Assembly (NCBI RefSeq): GCF_004010195.1
Contig: NC_057719.1
Location: 6,072,309-6,092,308, forward strand
Length of the DNA: 20,000 bases
Direction of reading: 5' to 3'
Source: Chiloscyllium plagiosum
Lineage: Eukaryota
The translations under genes and the position numbers were made by a program. Under the pieces are notes generated by a model that made no database searches, was not told the origin of the DNA, and saw only the letters and a list, made by a program, of their open reading frames with translations. This document shows, one piece after another, positions 1 to 9,644 of this stretch (the stretch's first letter is position 1; each line of letters begins with the position of its first letter).

Positions 1-2109
1 GTGCACCTCTTCCTTCCCCCATTTCTTTCAACATTTAACCTATGTATCACCAACACTTTGCTCCCTTTAAGCTTAAACTTTGTGCTACACCAGCACGAGC
101 TGGTATTCAGGGAAAAAGGTTTTTAAAATAGTGTTTCAAAAGAGAAAGGAATGGTAATACTTTAAATTTAAACAGCTGTGAAAGAGTGACCCTGAAAGAA
201 GTCACTGTTCAGGTCTGTAGCCCTCAGCACAGATAAGATGTCCAGGCGTGAAGGCTCCTCTGCATATCTGAGACTGGTGTCTCAGCCCATTAAAGAGAAA
301 CATTACAAACAGCTTTTGAAGTTATGCACATGCACACCCCTGCTCAAACGTCCTCGTGAATGTAAATGCTATTTATTTGATCGGTTTACTGACCAAGCGT
401 CTGAAAACCAGTCTGGCATAAAGCACAGAATGATTGATCTTCATTAGGTATCAAACTGATGAGGCAGTCAGTCAGCACTGTGCACTGGAATGTGCAAGAT
501 GTTTGAGTAGTATTCAAACCGAGTACCCAGAGAATTCTTTCAGAAACTCAATCTGGTGCCTTGTAATTTATGTTTAGAACTGAGCCTTTCTTGCCATCGC
601 TGGATATAGCTGCACAATCCAAATGGGTAAGGGCAATAAAATGTTATTACAAGCAAAGTTCTTCACCTCTATGGTCTGTTTGGTGTTTTGAGTTGGCATG
701 TTAATAAATACTGATATCTCTCTGGGATTGTCAAATGTTGCAGTATCCAATGGGACATCATCTGTAGTGACATCATAACTACTCTGTAACTGCCTTTGAC
801 TAAATCTGCAACCAGACCCCAGTGACATAGTGAAGCCGACGGTGAAATGATGATTTATGTTCCTTCTCTTCAACCATAGCCTGCCCCACAACCCCCCGCG
901 ACTTCCTAGAATCCTTGGGATTCTAGCACATTGCACTAGTTTGAATCACTGGTCAGCAGTGGGTGGGAAATCTACAGTGGGCCTCCATCTCTCCGTCACT
1001 GCTGACTCCTGCTGGACAAGGTACACAGCTGGATTTCAGATCAGGGCCAAGTTGGGATTCTGTGTGATTGCCCATGCAGTGGAATAGCCAGCCATGCATG
1101 TTGGCTGGTACAAAAAGATGGCCACTTAGGCCAAGGCTAACAGAGGGCCATAAGTAGCTCCTACCTGAAGGAACTATATTCCAGGAAGAATTAACGCCAT
1201 CAGAGGCAAGAAAAGTAAAGAGCATTTGGTCACTGAAGTCAGCTTTTGAGTCAGATTCAAGCTCGAACAAAAAAATATAACTGGATCCTTACTTTAATAA
1301 AAGGCACATTAAAAATTCAGCAGTGTAAAAATATTTGTTTTGTTTCTGATTACGTCTGCCAAGTGTGTGTTTAGTGTATATTTCAAATGGGTTTTACTTG
1401 GGCGTTGCTGTATTTGTAGCTGCAAGTTTCATGTATGAAAAATAGCACAAGTGTAATGTGTGTGCATGCTGGGCTCAAACTGGCAGCTGTCGATACATCT
1501 TCATTGCAACTGATGTGAAGAGAAGATATTGTTAATGAAGTGTGACTGATGTTATCATGTTCTGTAATTGGTCATTTTTTGCACAAGCTCAATATTTATT
1601 GATTGTTATTAAACTTATTTTCAAATGGACATGGTCTGATTATTTCTTTCCCTTATTTGTGACTACATTAATCCACCAGTGGTGATTTCCCTGATGGGGG
1701 GAACTGAACCACATGGATCCAGGATGACGTCAGATTGTCCGTCTGAAATCCATGCCAATTTGGACAGGATCTACAGGGTGTGACTGACCTCACGTTCAAA
1801 GGTCAGGCAAGGTTCAGTGGAACTTCATCACTTGGTCACCTGCCGGTTCTCTGTCCCCTCGTAGTTCCACTCCTACAACCCCATTCATTTGGAGAGTGTC
1901 CCAATAGACAGGGTGGGGCTCAGTTGTGATCATTTGATCCAAGACCAAGCCATTACTGGCTGCCCTTTACTGCACTGGCAGAGGTGGGGACCAGAAGCCC
2001 AACTGCCTTTTGAGGGGAACATCAGACCCCCACCCCCACCCACTCAGCCATCCTTACAAACGCGCACACCATTTCAAAGAACATGGCAGATGTTATCTCC
2101 ACAATGTCT

Positions 2110-2270
2110 CAGCCACAATTAGCAAAACATATTGGCTGTCATCCTGTTGCTGCTTGTGGGACCTTGCTGTACAAATTGTCTGCTCCCTTTCCAGTGACTG
2201 CACTTCATCAGCTGTAGAGTGTGGTGCTTGGTGAGCCCCTAAGATGTCATGAAAGACACTTGCATTACAG
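2110..2270 (+). mobile_element. Degenerate Deu-domain SINE (SacSINE1/AmnSINE1-like), 3' fragment
   Basis: 'ttgctgcttgtgggaccttgctgtacaaattgtctgct...cagtgactgcacttca' resembles the recalled Deu-domain core and tail; a related copy lies at 8092-8420 in the opposite orientation. Confidence 0.55.
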
Positions 2271-2336
2271 GCCTGTTTTTGTGAGGATAGGTGTTTGGTG
2301 CTGCCCAACACCTCTCCCATTTGAATGGATTTTCTG

Positions 2337-2695
2337 AGTCATAAGACTATAAGACATAGGAGCAGAAATTGGGCTCTTTGGCCCATCGAGTCTGCTCCGC
2401 CATTCAAAAGTGGCTGATAGGTTTTCCAACCCCATTTTCCTGCTTACTCCCCGTAACCTTTAATCCCCTCGGCAATGAAGAACTTATCTATTGCTGTTTT
2501 AAATATACTCAATGACCTAACCACCTCAGCCTTCTGTGGCAATGAATTCCACATCTTCACCGATCTCTGGCGAAGCATATTTCTTCTTATCTCCGTTTTA
2601 AAGGGTCTTCCCTATACTCTAAGGCAGTGCCCTCAGGTCCTCCTCTCTTCTGCCAATGGAAGCATCTTCCCAACATCCACTCTGCCCAGGCAATT
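2337..2695 (-). mobile_element. 5'-truncated CR1 LINE, 3' end
   Basis: Starts with tail repeat 'ataagactataagacataggagcag', then typical CR1 3'UTR and ORF2 C-terminal sequence read in reverse ('ccacctcagccttctgtggcaatgaattccac'); same type as 16783-17080. Confidence 0.85.
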
Positions 2696-3619
2696 CATAA
2701 TTACAATACATCTAGTACCGACAGAATAATTACATGATTAATTGCTTAATTGTAACAACAACAGCATGGAACTAGGGATTCTCAATATCTACTAGCCACT
2801 AATAAGTCTGAAAGGAAATCCAAGAGAAATCTCATAGAGACTGATTTTGTTCAGTTTTTAATGGGAAGTGGTTGCAGAGGTTAGTGTAGCATTTTAGAGA
2901 AGGCATATGAGCAAGAATATGGGCCCATTTTGAGTCCATTGGTCTGTTAAGTGTGTTCCAAATGTCGTATTGTACTCCTGACCCTGACATCTTAGTTGCA
3001 GTCCCCGGTTAACTGCTATCTCAGACAGGACCTACTGTGCTCTCACAGATTAGTTCCAATGTGAATTGCATGCTGTGTCATTGAATAAGGATGAACACAT
3101 CCCATTCTACTTTATTTCACGTGCAGTCATGCCACAGCTCTCAGGTATTCACTTTTTTCTCTTGAATATTCCTGCTATTCTCTGAGGAATGACATTTCCT
3201 GGGATTTTTCTATTAATGTAGTTAAGGAAAACCTCCAATTCTCCTTCCATACCTCATAATTTTGGATTTCTTTGTTGAAGCATGGTCTTCATTGGATTCT
3301 TGTTCAGTGACTTCAAATCAGAAGACACCATTGGGTTTCTAATAGCTGTCTGCAATTGGTTCCAGCTACCTCATAGCTCCTGATCCCCAGCTGCTTTCTG
3401 TAACCGCTCTAAACTGTTCCAGAGCTAGCCTTTGACCACCTGTGTGGGAGAGATCACAGATTAAAAACCCAAAACCAAAAGAAAATCTCTCAGCGATGTA
3501 TCTTCACAACAATGTAGTGTACGTTGGATATCCCAGCATCACAACAGATTTATCTGCACAACAAAAAAGTGTGGCAATGCAGTAGTCACAGGGGTTTTCT
3601 TTGTAATAGGCCTGGGACA

Positions 3620-3755
3620 TCAGAACAGAAATAGACCATTCAGCTCCTTGAGCAATTGGATGAGATCATGGCTTATCTGTGGCCTATCTAAATATGCCTG
3701 CCGTTACAGCAGATCCTTTAATACTTCTGCTTAGCAAAAAAAAACTATCTCAAAA
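3620..3755 (-). mobile_element. Highly degenerate CR1 3' tail
   Basis: 'aacagaaatagaccattcagctccttgag...gagatcatggcttatctg' parallels the CR1 tails at 2337 and 9645. Confidence 0.45.
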
Positions 3756-3949
3756 TGAGTTCCCCTGATTCTAAACTCTATTGGAGTTGAAATTGGGAGA
3801 TTATATGTCAGGTAGCTGCTGTTTCACTGTCACATTTTTTGATGAGTCAACTATTAATCCAAGTCACAGGATTCAGTATTTTATAGGACCTGGCACATTA
3901 TGATTTGTGTTGTACAACGTGCTTGGTCTCTAAACAATCTGTGACAGAT

Positions 3950-4395
3950 TCAACCCCTGCCACCAAATTGGAACAATCATCAATCTGAAATGACATCCAG
4001 TGTGACAGTGACAAAGGTAAACTATCCTTCCATTTTCTCTTCTCTAATCTTTGATGATTACCCACACCATCCTCCTCCAGTGCCTCTCCATTATCATCCA
4101 AATGGGTGAAACTAGGCTTCCTTGTATTTAGTCATAGTGAGTGTATCGTTTGTTGTTGCTTCTCTTCCCACACAAATTGTCATCTCTGCTGTTAGCCAGT
4201 GATCTATCTTTGGCCCTTCCTGTATCTCATCTGCATGCTTCCCTTAGGTAACACCATCTGAAAATGTTGTCTCTACTGACCCAACTCTCTCAACATCTCC
4301 ACCCACCATGACTGAACTGTTGCTTACAGGATGCTCATCTGACATTCAGTGCAAGAAAGCTCCTTCAAATACATATTGTGAAGGCTGATAACATT
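3950..4395 (+). mobile_element. Old L2-clade LINE, RT-domain fragment (5' piece)
   Basis: Manual reading with frameshifts gives HTILLQCLS..IQMGET and (Q)*SIFGP..LICMLPLGNTI, matching recalled L2 RT motifs DHTILLQRL and QGSILGPLLFLIYMLPLGDII. Confidence 0.6.
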
Positions 4396-5005
4396 GTCAT
4401 TGAGATGTACATCATTGAGATGGAAACAGATGCTTCAGTCCAACTTGTCCATGCCAAACAGGTATCCTATAATAATTTAGTCCCATTTGGCCCATATCCC
4501 TCTAAACCCTTCCTATTCATATACCCATCCAGGTATATTTTAGATGTTGTAATTGTACCGGCCTCCATCACTTCCTCTGGCAGCTCATGCCACCCTCTGC
4601 GTGAAAAAAATTGCCCCTTAGGTCCTTTTTAAATCTTTCTCCTCTGACTTTAAACATATGCCCTCTAGTTTTGGGACACCCCCCCCCCCCCCCCCGCCCC
4701 TCTACCCCCTCCCTCCCCTGCCTCTCTTGATTTTATGAACCTCTATAAGGTCACCCCTCAGTGTCCGACCCTCCAGGGAAAATACCTCCAACTTATTCAG
4801 CCTTATAGCTCAAACCCTCCAAATATGGCAACATCCTTGTAATTTTTTTCTGAATGCTTGCAAGTTTCATGACAGGAAGGTCAGAATTGCATGCAGTATT
4901 CTGAAAGTGGACTAACCAATGTCCTGTGGAGCCGCAACATGACCTCCCAACCCCTATACTCAATGCACTGACCAATAAAGGCAAGTGTACCAAATGCCTT
5001 CTTCA
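4396..5005 (-). mobile_element. 5'-truncated CR1 LINE inserted into the L2 element
   Basis: Minus ORF 4793-4993 ends ..LASIQKKITRMLPYLEGLSY (CR1 ORF2 C-terminus); CR1 3'UTR near 4400-4520. Confidence 0.85.
4679..4719. repeat. Poly-C / C-rich low-complexity tract
   Basis: C17 run at 4679-4695 followed by shorter C-runs, inside the CR1 copy. Confidence 0.9.
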
Positions 5006-5550
5006 TTGTGTTTAATCTCTAAACATGATTCCCGAGCTCCTGATCAGTGCCCTCTTGTGAGTCACTCTTTGAGACTAAAACAGTCTCTTCACAAACCTGG
5101 GATTGTGCCTGGCTCCAAGATGATCTTCTGACCATATAACACTAATCCTACCTATTTCCACCTGCATAACATCACCTGACTTCACCTCTGTCTCAACACA
5201 TCTGTTGAAAATCTGATTCATGCCCTTGTCACCCTTGACTCTATCTGATGCACTCCTGGCTAGTGTTCCATGTTCCACAAGTTGTACTTGAGGTCACCAA
5301 AATCACTGCAATCTTTGTCCTCACTTGCCAAATCCTATTCCCCTATCATTTCGGTGCTCTGTCACCCACACTGGCTCCTGCTCAGACAAAGCTGTGATAT
5401 TAAAATTCCTTGTTTTCAAATCATGTTTTTGCTGCACTTTATCTCTGTAATTTCCTCCAACACAGGAACCCCTCAAGAGATGCACTGATCCAATATTGTC
5501 CTCTTGACCGTCCTCAATTTTAATCAGTTCAGCATTAGCAATTGTGCTTT
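5006..5550 (+). mobile_element. Old L2-clade LINE, post-RT region (3' piece, continues 3950-4395)
   Basis: Reads TYFHLHNIT*LHLCL..ENLIHALVT..ALLA and SPIISVLCHPHWLLLRQ..IKIP, matching recalled L2 motifs AYFHLRNIARLR, LIHAFVTSRLDY and PITPVLADLHWLPV. Confidence 0.7.
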
Positions 5551-5587
5551 TGCTAATGAGAAGTTGGAGAGATTGAACGTGAGGAAT

Positions 5588-5632
5588 CTTTAGCCCACAT
5601 CCTGTGAGCTGACTTTAGCCCACATCCTGTGA
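5588..5632 (+). repeat. Perfect 20-bp direct repeat
   Basis: ctttagcccacatcctgtga at 5588-5607 and 5613-5632 with a 5-bp spacer. Confidence 0.9.
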
Positions 5633-5654
5633 AAAAGATACTGGTACAAGTGAT

Positions 5655-5860
5655 CATGAGCTATCTTCTTGAACTGCTGCAGTCCATTTGCTATAAGTTG
5701 ACCCACAATGCCAAAGAGGGAGGGATTTTGACCCAGTGATAGTGAAGGAAAGGCAATACATTTCCAAGTCAGGATGGTGAGTGGCTTGGAGGGGAACTTG
5801 CAGGGGATGGTGTTCCCTTGTCCTTTTAGGTGTCGAGGTCACAGATTTGGTAGGTGGCAC
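5655..5860 (-). mobile_element. LINE fragment of the same family as 17630-19570
   Basis: Reverse complement resembles about 19330-19490 ('gggaacaccatc..ttcccctccaagcc..ctcacca..ttggaaat..gggtcaaaatc'). Confidence 0.75.
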
Positions 5861-6369
5861 CAGGGAATGTATCAGAATGTGCCCAAAAGAAAAATGAAAG
5901 CAAATAAGACCAGGTAAGTCTGTGATCTGTTCTACTCAAACTCAACCCATCATTGAACTTTCCTGTCTGTTTCCAAAGAGACAATCTAGTCACATCATGC
6001 ACACAGAATGCAGATGGGCAATAACTTTTTGCATTGATTTATATTTTTGGTTTTTACCATAGCAACACTTGGCACTTTAACAAATTAAAACAGCAAATCA
6101 GTCAAGCTTGTAGAATTTCAATTACATTATGGCTATCAGATTGCAATGTTAACTGATGTTTGGATTTTTTTTGCATTTTAGGTCATTGGGAATAAGAACA
6201 AAGGAAATCAATCTCCATTTGCAAATAATACGCTGATCCCTATGTTTGTTTTGAAGCCAGATCGGGTCTCATCATGTGTTAATGTGGTTGATCTCCGTTG
6301 TGGCAGCAGTAAGGGTGTGCTGTTATTCTTGTCCATGGTACAGGGTAGATAGAGAATGTGCCAGTTCAT

Positions 6370-6564
6370 AGGTAAAAACAAGCACTGCAGATGCTGAAAA
6401 CCAGAGTCTAGATTAGAGTGGTGCTGGAAAAGCACAGCAGTTCAGGCAGCAACCAAGGAGCAGGAAAATCATCGTTTCGGGAAGGGCTTTTGCCCGAAAC
6501 GTCAATTTTCCTGCTCCTCGGATGCTGCCTGAACTGCTGTTTATTTCCAGCATCACTCTAATCT
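6370..6564. mobile_element. Penelope-derived short palindromic element, copy 1
   Basis: About 75-bp inverted arms (6407-6481 and 6493-6567); flanking 17-bp direct repeat agaatgtgccagttcat at 6353-6369 and 6565-6581, overlapping the arm end by 3 nt. Confidence 0.8.
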
Positions 6565-6791
6565 AGAATGTGCCAGTTCATTACTATTTAGCATCCACTG
6601 TTCAAAGTTATGTTTCTCCACTCAGGCTTGGGATGTGGGTATCACAAAGCCAGCAATTCTTGACAATCACAGCTGTCTTTGAGGAAGTCCTGGTGAGCTA
6701 CCTTTTGGAACTGCTGCAGTTTTTGTGTGTAGCTACAATTGCTGCTAAGGATGAATTGTGGGATTTCAGCTGTCAATAGTGAGCTGTAGGC

Positions 6792-6928
6792 AAAAGTGAG
6801 GACTGCAGTTGCTGGAAACCAGAGTTTAGATCAGAGTGGTGCTGGAAAAGCACAGAAGGTCAGGCACCATTCGAGGAGCATCTTTCCTGATGAAGGGCTT
6901 TTGCTGAAACATCAGTTTTCCTGCTCCA
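6792..6928. mobile_element. Penelope-derived short element, copy 2, with + strand hammerhead core motifs
   Basis: Similar to copy 1; CTGATGA at 6887-6893, GGGC-TTTT-GCT, GAAA at 6906-6909; 17-bp direct repeat aatagtgagctgtaggc at 6775-6791 and 6929-6945. Confidence 0.8.
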
Positions 6929-7102
6929 AATAGTGAGCTGTAGGCCATACATTTAGAAGGTACGAAGGAAAAGCCATAATGAGTTGCATCTTGTAGGTGG
7001 TACATCCTGTCACATCCATGCACTGGTTGTGGAGGGAATGGATGTTCAAAGTGGTGAATAAACTGATAATTGTGTCCTGTATGGGCAATAATATTTTTAG
7101 GT

Positions 7103-7219
7103 AAAAACAGATGCTGGAAACCAGAGTCTAGATTAGAGTGGTGCTGGAAAAGCACAGCAGGTCAGGCAGCATCCAAGGAGCAGGAAAATCAACGTTTCAA
7201 GCAAAAGTCCTTCATCAGG
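7103..7219. mobile_element. Penelope-derived short element, copy 3 (single arm), with - strand hammerhead core motifs
   Basis: Close to the left arm of copy 1; reverse complement of 7191-7220 is tcCTGATGAaggacttttgcttGAAAcgtt; 13-bp direct repeat aatatttttaggt at 7090-7102 and 7220-7232. Confidence 0.8.
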
Positions 7220-7774
7220 AATATTTTTAGGTGTGCCTTCATCCAAGAAATTCAGAATATTCCTTCAGATTTCTGACTTAAGTCTTGGAGGTAGTGGTCA
7301 GGCTTAGGGGAGTCAATTAGTGAGTTACTCATTGTAGCATTCCTCGCCTCTGACCTGCTCTGGTAACCATTGTGTTTGTATAGGTGGTCTAGTTTAGTCT
7401 CGTCAAGTCTCACAGTCAAGTCTACAGTGTTGGCATTCATGGTCAAGTAGGTTCCCAGCTCTCTCTGTCTGTGTTCACATGTGAATAAAGGCTTATCCAA
7501 GCAAGTCTTTAGCAGGCACATCACCCCAGGAACTGTGAGGTTGCAGGAGAGATGCTTAAAGTAAAGGAGTGGTTACAGTACGAATCTGGTCAAACACGTT
7601 CAGTGTGAGCTGACAATAACTAGGGGAGATGAAAGACTGTTGAGCATGTCACTTTGCGGTGTTGGTCTGATCCACCTGTGATTCCAGGTGACACTCTATG
7701 TTGAGTCATAATCCCCTGTTTGAGGTGACGAGGTGAGCTTTTCAGTGTTAAAGGAATTGCTGTTGCAGTAAATG

Positions 7775-8075
7775 AGGGAGGTGGTGGTGGAGTGGTAATG
7801 TCACTGGCCTAGAGATCAAGACCCACTCCCAGGGCTTGGTTTCAAATCCCACCATGGCAGCTGCTGCAATTTAAAGTCAATTATTTAAGACATTCGAATG
7901 GCTAATAGTTGAAAGTGAGTCTCAATGACCATCAAGCTGTCACCAATTGGTTCATTAGAGTCTATTCGGGAAGGAAATCTACCTGGTCTGGCCTATATGT
8001 GACTCCAGACTCCCAGCAACATGGCTAGCCTAGCAAGGTACTCAAGGTGAAGTGGTCAGCAATGTCCACATTGTA
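7775..8075 (+). mobile_element. tRNA-derived SINE
   Basis: A-box-like TGGTGGAGTGG at 7785-7795 and B-box-like GGTTTCAAATCC at 7838-7849; body 'ggaaggaaatct..acctggtctggcctatatgtgactccagac'; tail 'cagcaatgtccacat' resembles the 3' end of the 17630-19570 LINE. Confidence 0.75.
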
Positions 8076-8091
8076 TATTTTAAAATATTAA

Positions 8092-8420
8092 GTTCGCACA
8101 GCAAGTTTCCACAAGCAATGATGTGTTCATGAACAGATAATGTATTTTTGTGATGTCAATTGCGGGATGAAAATTGGTCCAGGACATTGAAGAGAACAGT
8201 CCTGCTCTTCAAACCTTTAGCCAGACGGACTTCCACATCGAAATGAGGGGCCAGCAGGTTTGAATGCCTTGCTCAAAAGAGGACATCTCTCGCAGGGAAG
8301 CCCTGCCTCAGTATTGCATCAGAGTATCAGCTTAGATAATTTGATCAAGGCTTGGGAGTCAGACTTGAACCCAGTCAGCTTGTATCCAGGGGACAGAATG
8401 CTGCCCAGTGAGTTACAGCT
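8092..8420 (-). mobile_element. Deu-domain tRNA-derived SINE (SacSINE1-like), head plus Deu domain
   Basis: Minus-strand B-box GGGTTCAAGTC at 8362-8372, A-box-like sequence near 8402-8420, and reversed Deu core 'gcacagcaagtttccacaagcaatg' at 8096. Confidence 0.7.
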
Positions 8421-9644
8421 ATACCCAAACAGCAATGAATTAACTACAGTTTAATGCCTTTTCAATTAACATCACCTAATAGTTTCAGGAGGCAGGATTT
8501 GAAAGAGGTTTACATAAAACCTTAGTTTTGGAAGCATTAAGATGCACGCATGGGGCTCTGAGGAAGAATTTTCTAGCACTCTGAGGATGTCACAGAACGT
8601 GCCAGCAACCTGATGTCAGGTACAAGATGTCAGTTTAAAAAGAAAGAAGCAGAGTTTAATCTGTGACTGAATAATTTAAACTGAGGCCAGGCGTGGAGAG
8701 AGAGCTTCTTTGGTCCCGCTGTCCATCTGGAGCTCTGTCTAATCTTACTGTGGGTTGACAAGGGGATTCTGCTGATTAAATCATGAAGCCTCTATTGCCA
8801 GAGGTCTCTGGGACAGCTTTAAATGTTTAATATGATTTGTATCCAATCTAATTTAACTAATGCATTCGGCCTTTTGTTCGGGAATCTGAGCCAGGCTTGT
8901 ACGTGTCTAATGACTGATTGAAGTTAGCATGACGGCCAGAGAATGAGAGAGATTCAGTAACTGTACTGGGTTCAGCTCTGGCCAATTCAGACAATCCCAG
9001 TGACAATGACCTCAGTCCATGACACTAATTCTCCGTCTGCAATCATTTTAAATCCATGTCCCGTTGCCATCTCTGTCCCAGCCTTCCACCACTGTGCTTC
9101 CATAAACTTTTCCAGATGTGACTCCAATGGAAAGGCTATGATCCCAGTGTGAAATGTTGCAGGATATGGGTGTGGTTGATTAAGTGATGGGTCACTGGGG
9201 AGAGGTGGAGTGGACAGATGGTGGTTCTCAGTTGCTGAGCAAGACAGGAGTTGAGGGTTGTTGGGAGACCAAGGTGGAGTATTGGGGGTGTGGGGAAGGG
9301 GGCAGGGTGTGTTGGGGAATGTGTTTGAACTGTTTAAACTGCAGGGATTTTTAATTTTAAAACACACTCAACTGCTTTTACTTTGTTGCAGCGTAAGGTT
9401 TAAAAGATCTGTCCTTTAGGCCAATCGCACCATTAAAAATAAACGAGCATTGAAGGGGTCTGAGATAGCACTCACACTGAGCTCCATGGCAACTGTTACT
9501 TGACTCCCATTCCACAGCCCCAAAATCCCACCCCATGATCCTTGCTAGGTGTCATAATCCACACTGCTCCACCCAAAGAGAAAATCCAGTGGCACAGCAG
9601 TAATAGGTGGGAATGAACATAGCGTTTGTACTGGAGCACCGTAC

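Larger units (their letters stand above)
6615..7535 (-). mobile_element. Decayed LINE of the 17630-19570 family, interrupted by two Penelope-derived inserts
   Basis: 3' end 'gggatgtggg..gccagca..ggtgagctacctt..gaactgctgcag' and later 'ggggagtcaattagtgagttactc' mirror about 18930-19560 in reverse. Confidence 0.65.

Noticed and set aside
1166..1262. Possible minus-strand exon (LESDSKADFSDQMLFTFLASDGVNSS) ending at a CAG|GTAGG donor
   Set aside because: The acceptor would be an atypical GAG, and the peptide resemblance to extracellular repeat motifs is too short to trust without RNA-seq
238..1270. ORFs of 69-120 aa at the window start
   Set aside because: No recognisable domains, overlapping on both strands, and no consistent exon structure
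1725..1732. Perfect CRE palindrome TGACGTCA
   Set aside because: A single 8-mer with no CpG island or promoter context; plausible by chance in 20 kb
6353..7232. CRISPR-like or tandem-array interpretation of the repeated units
   Set aside because: Eukaryotic context, irregular lengths and spacing, and each unit has its own flanking direct repeat
7775..7860. tRNA gene
   Set aside because: A- and B-box-like motifs are present but there is no cloverleaf, and it continues into a SINE body
8987..9367. 126-aa proline-rich minus-strand ORF
   Set aside because: By-product of a G-rich low-complexity tract
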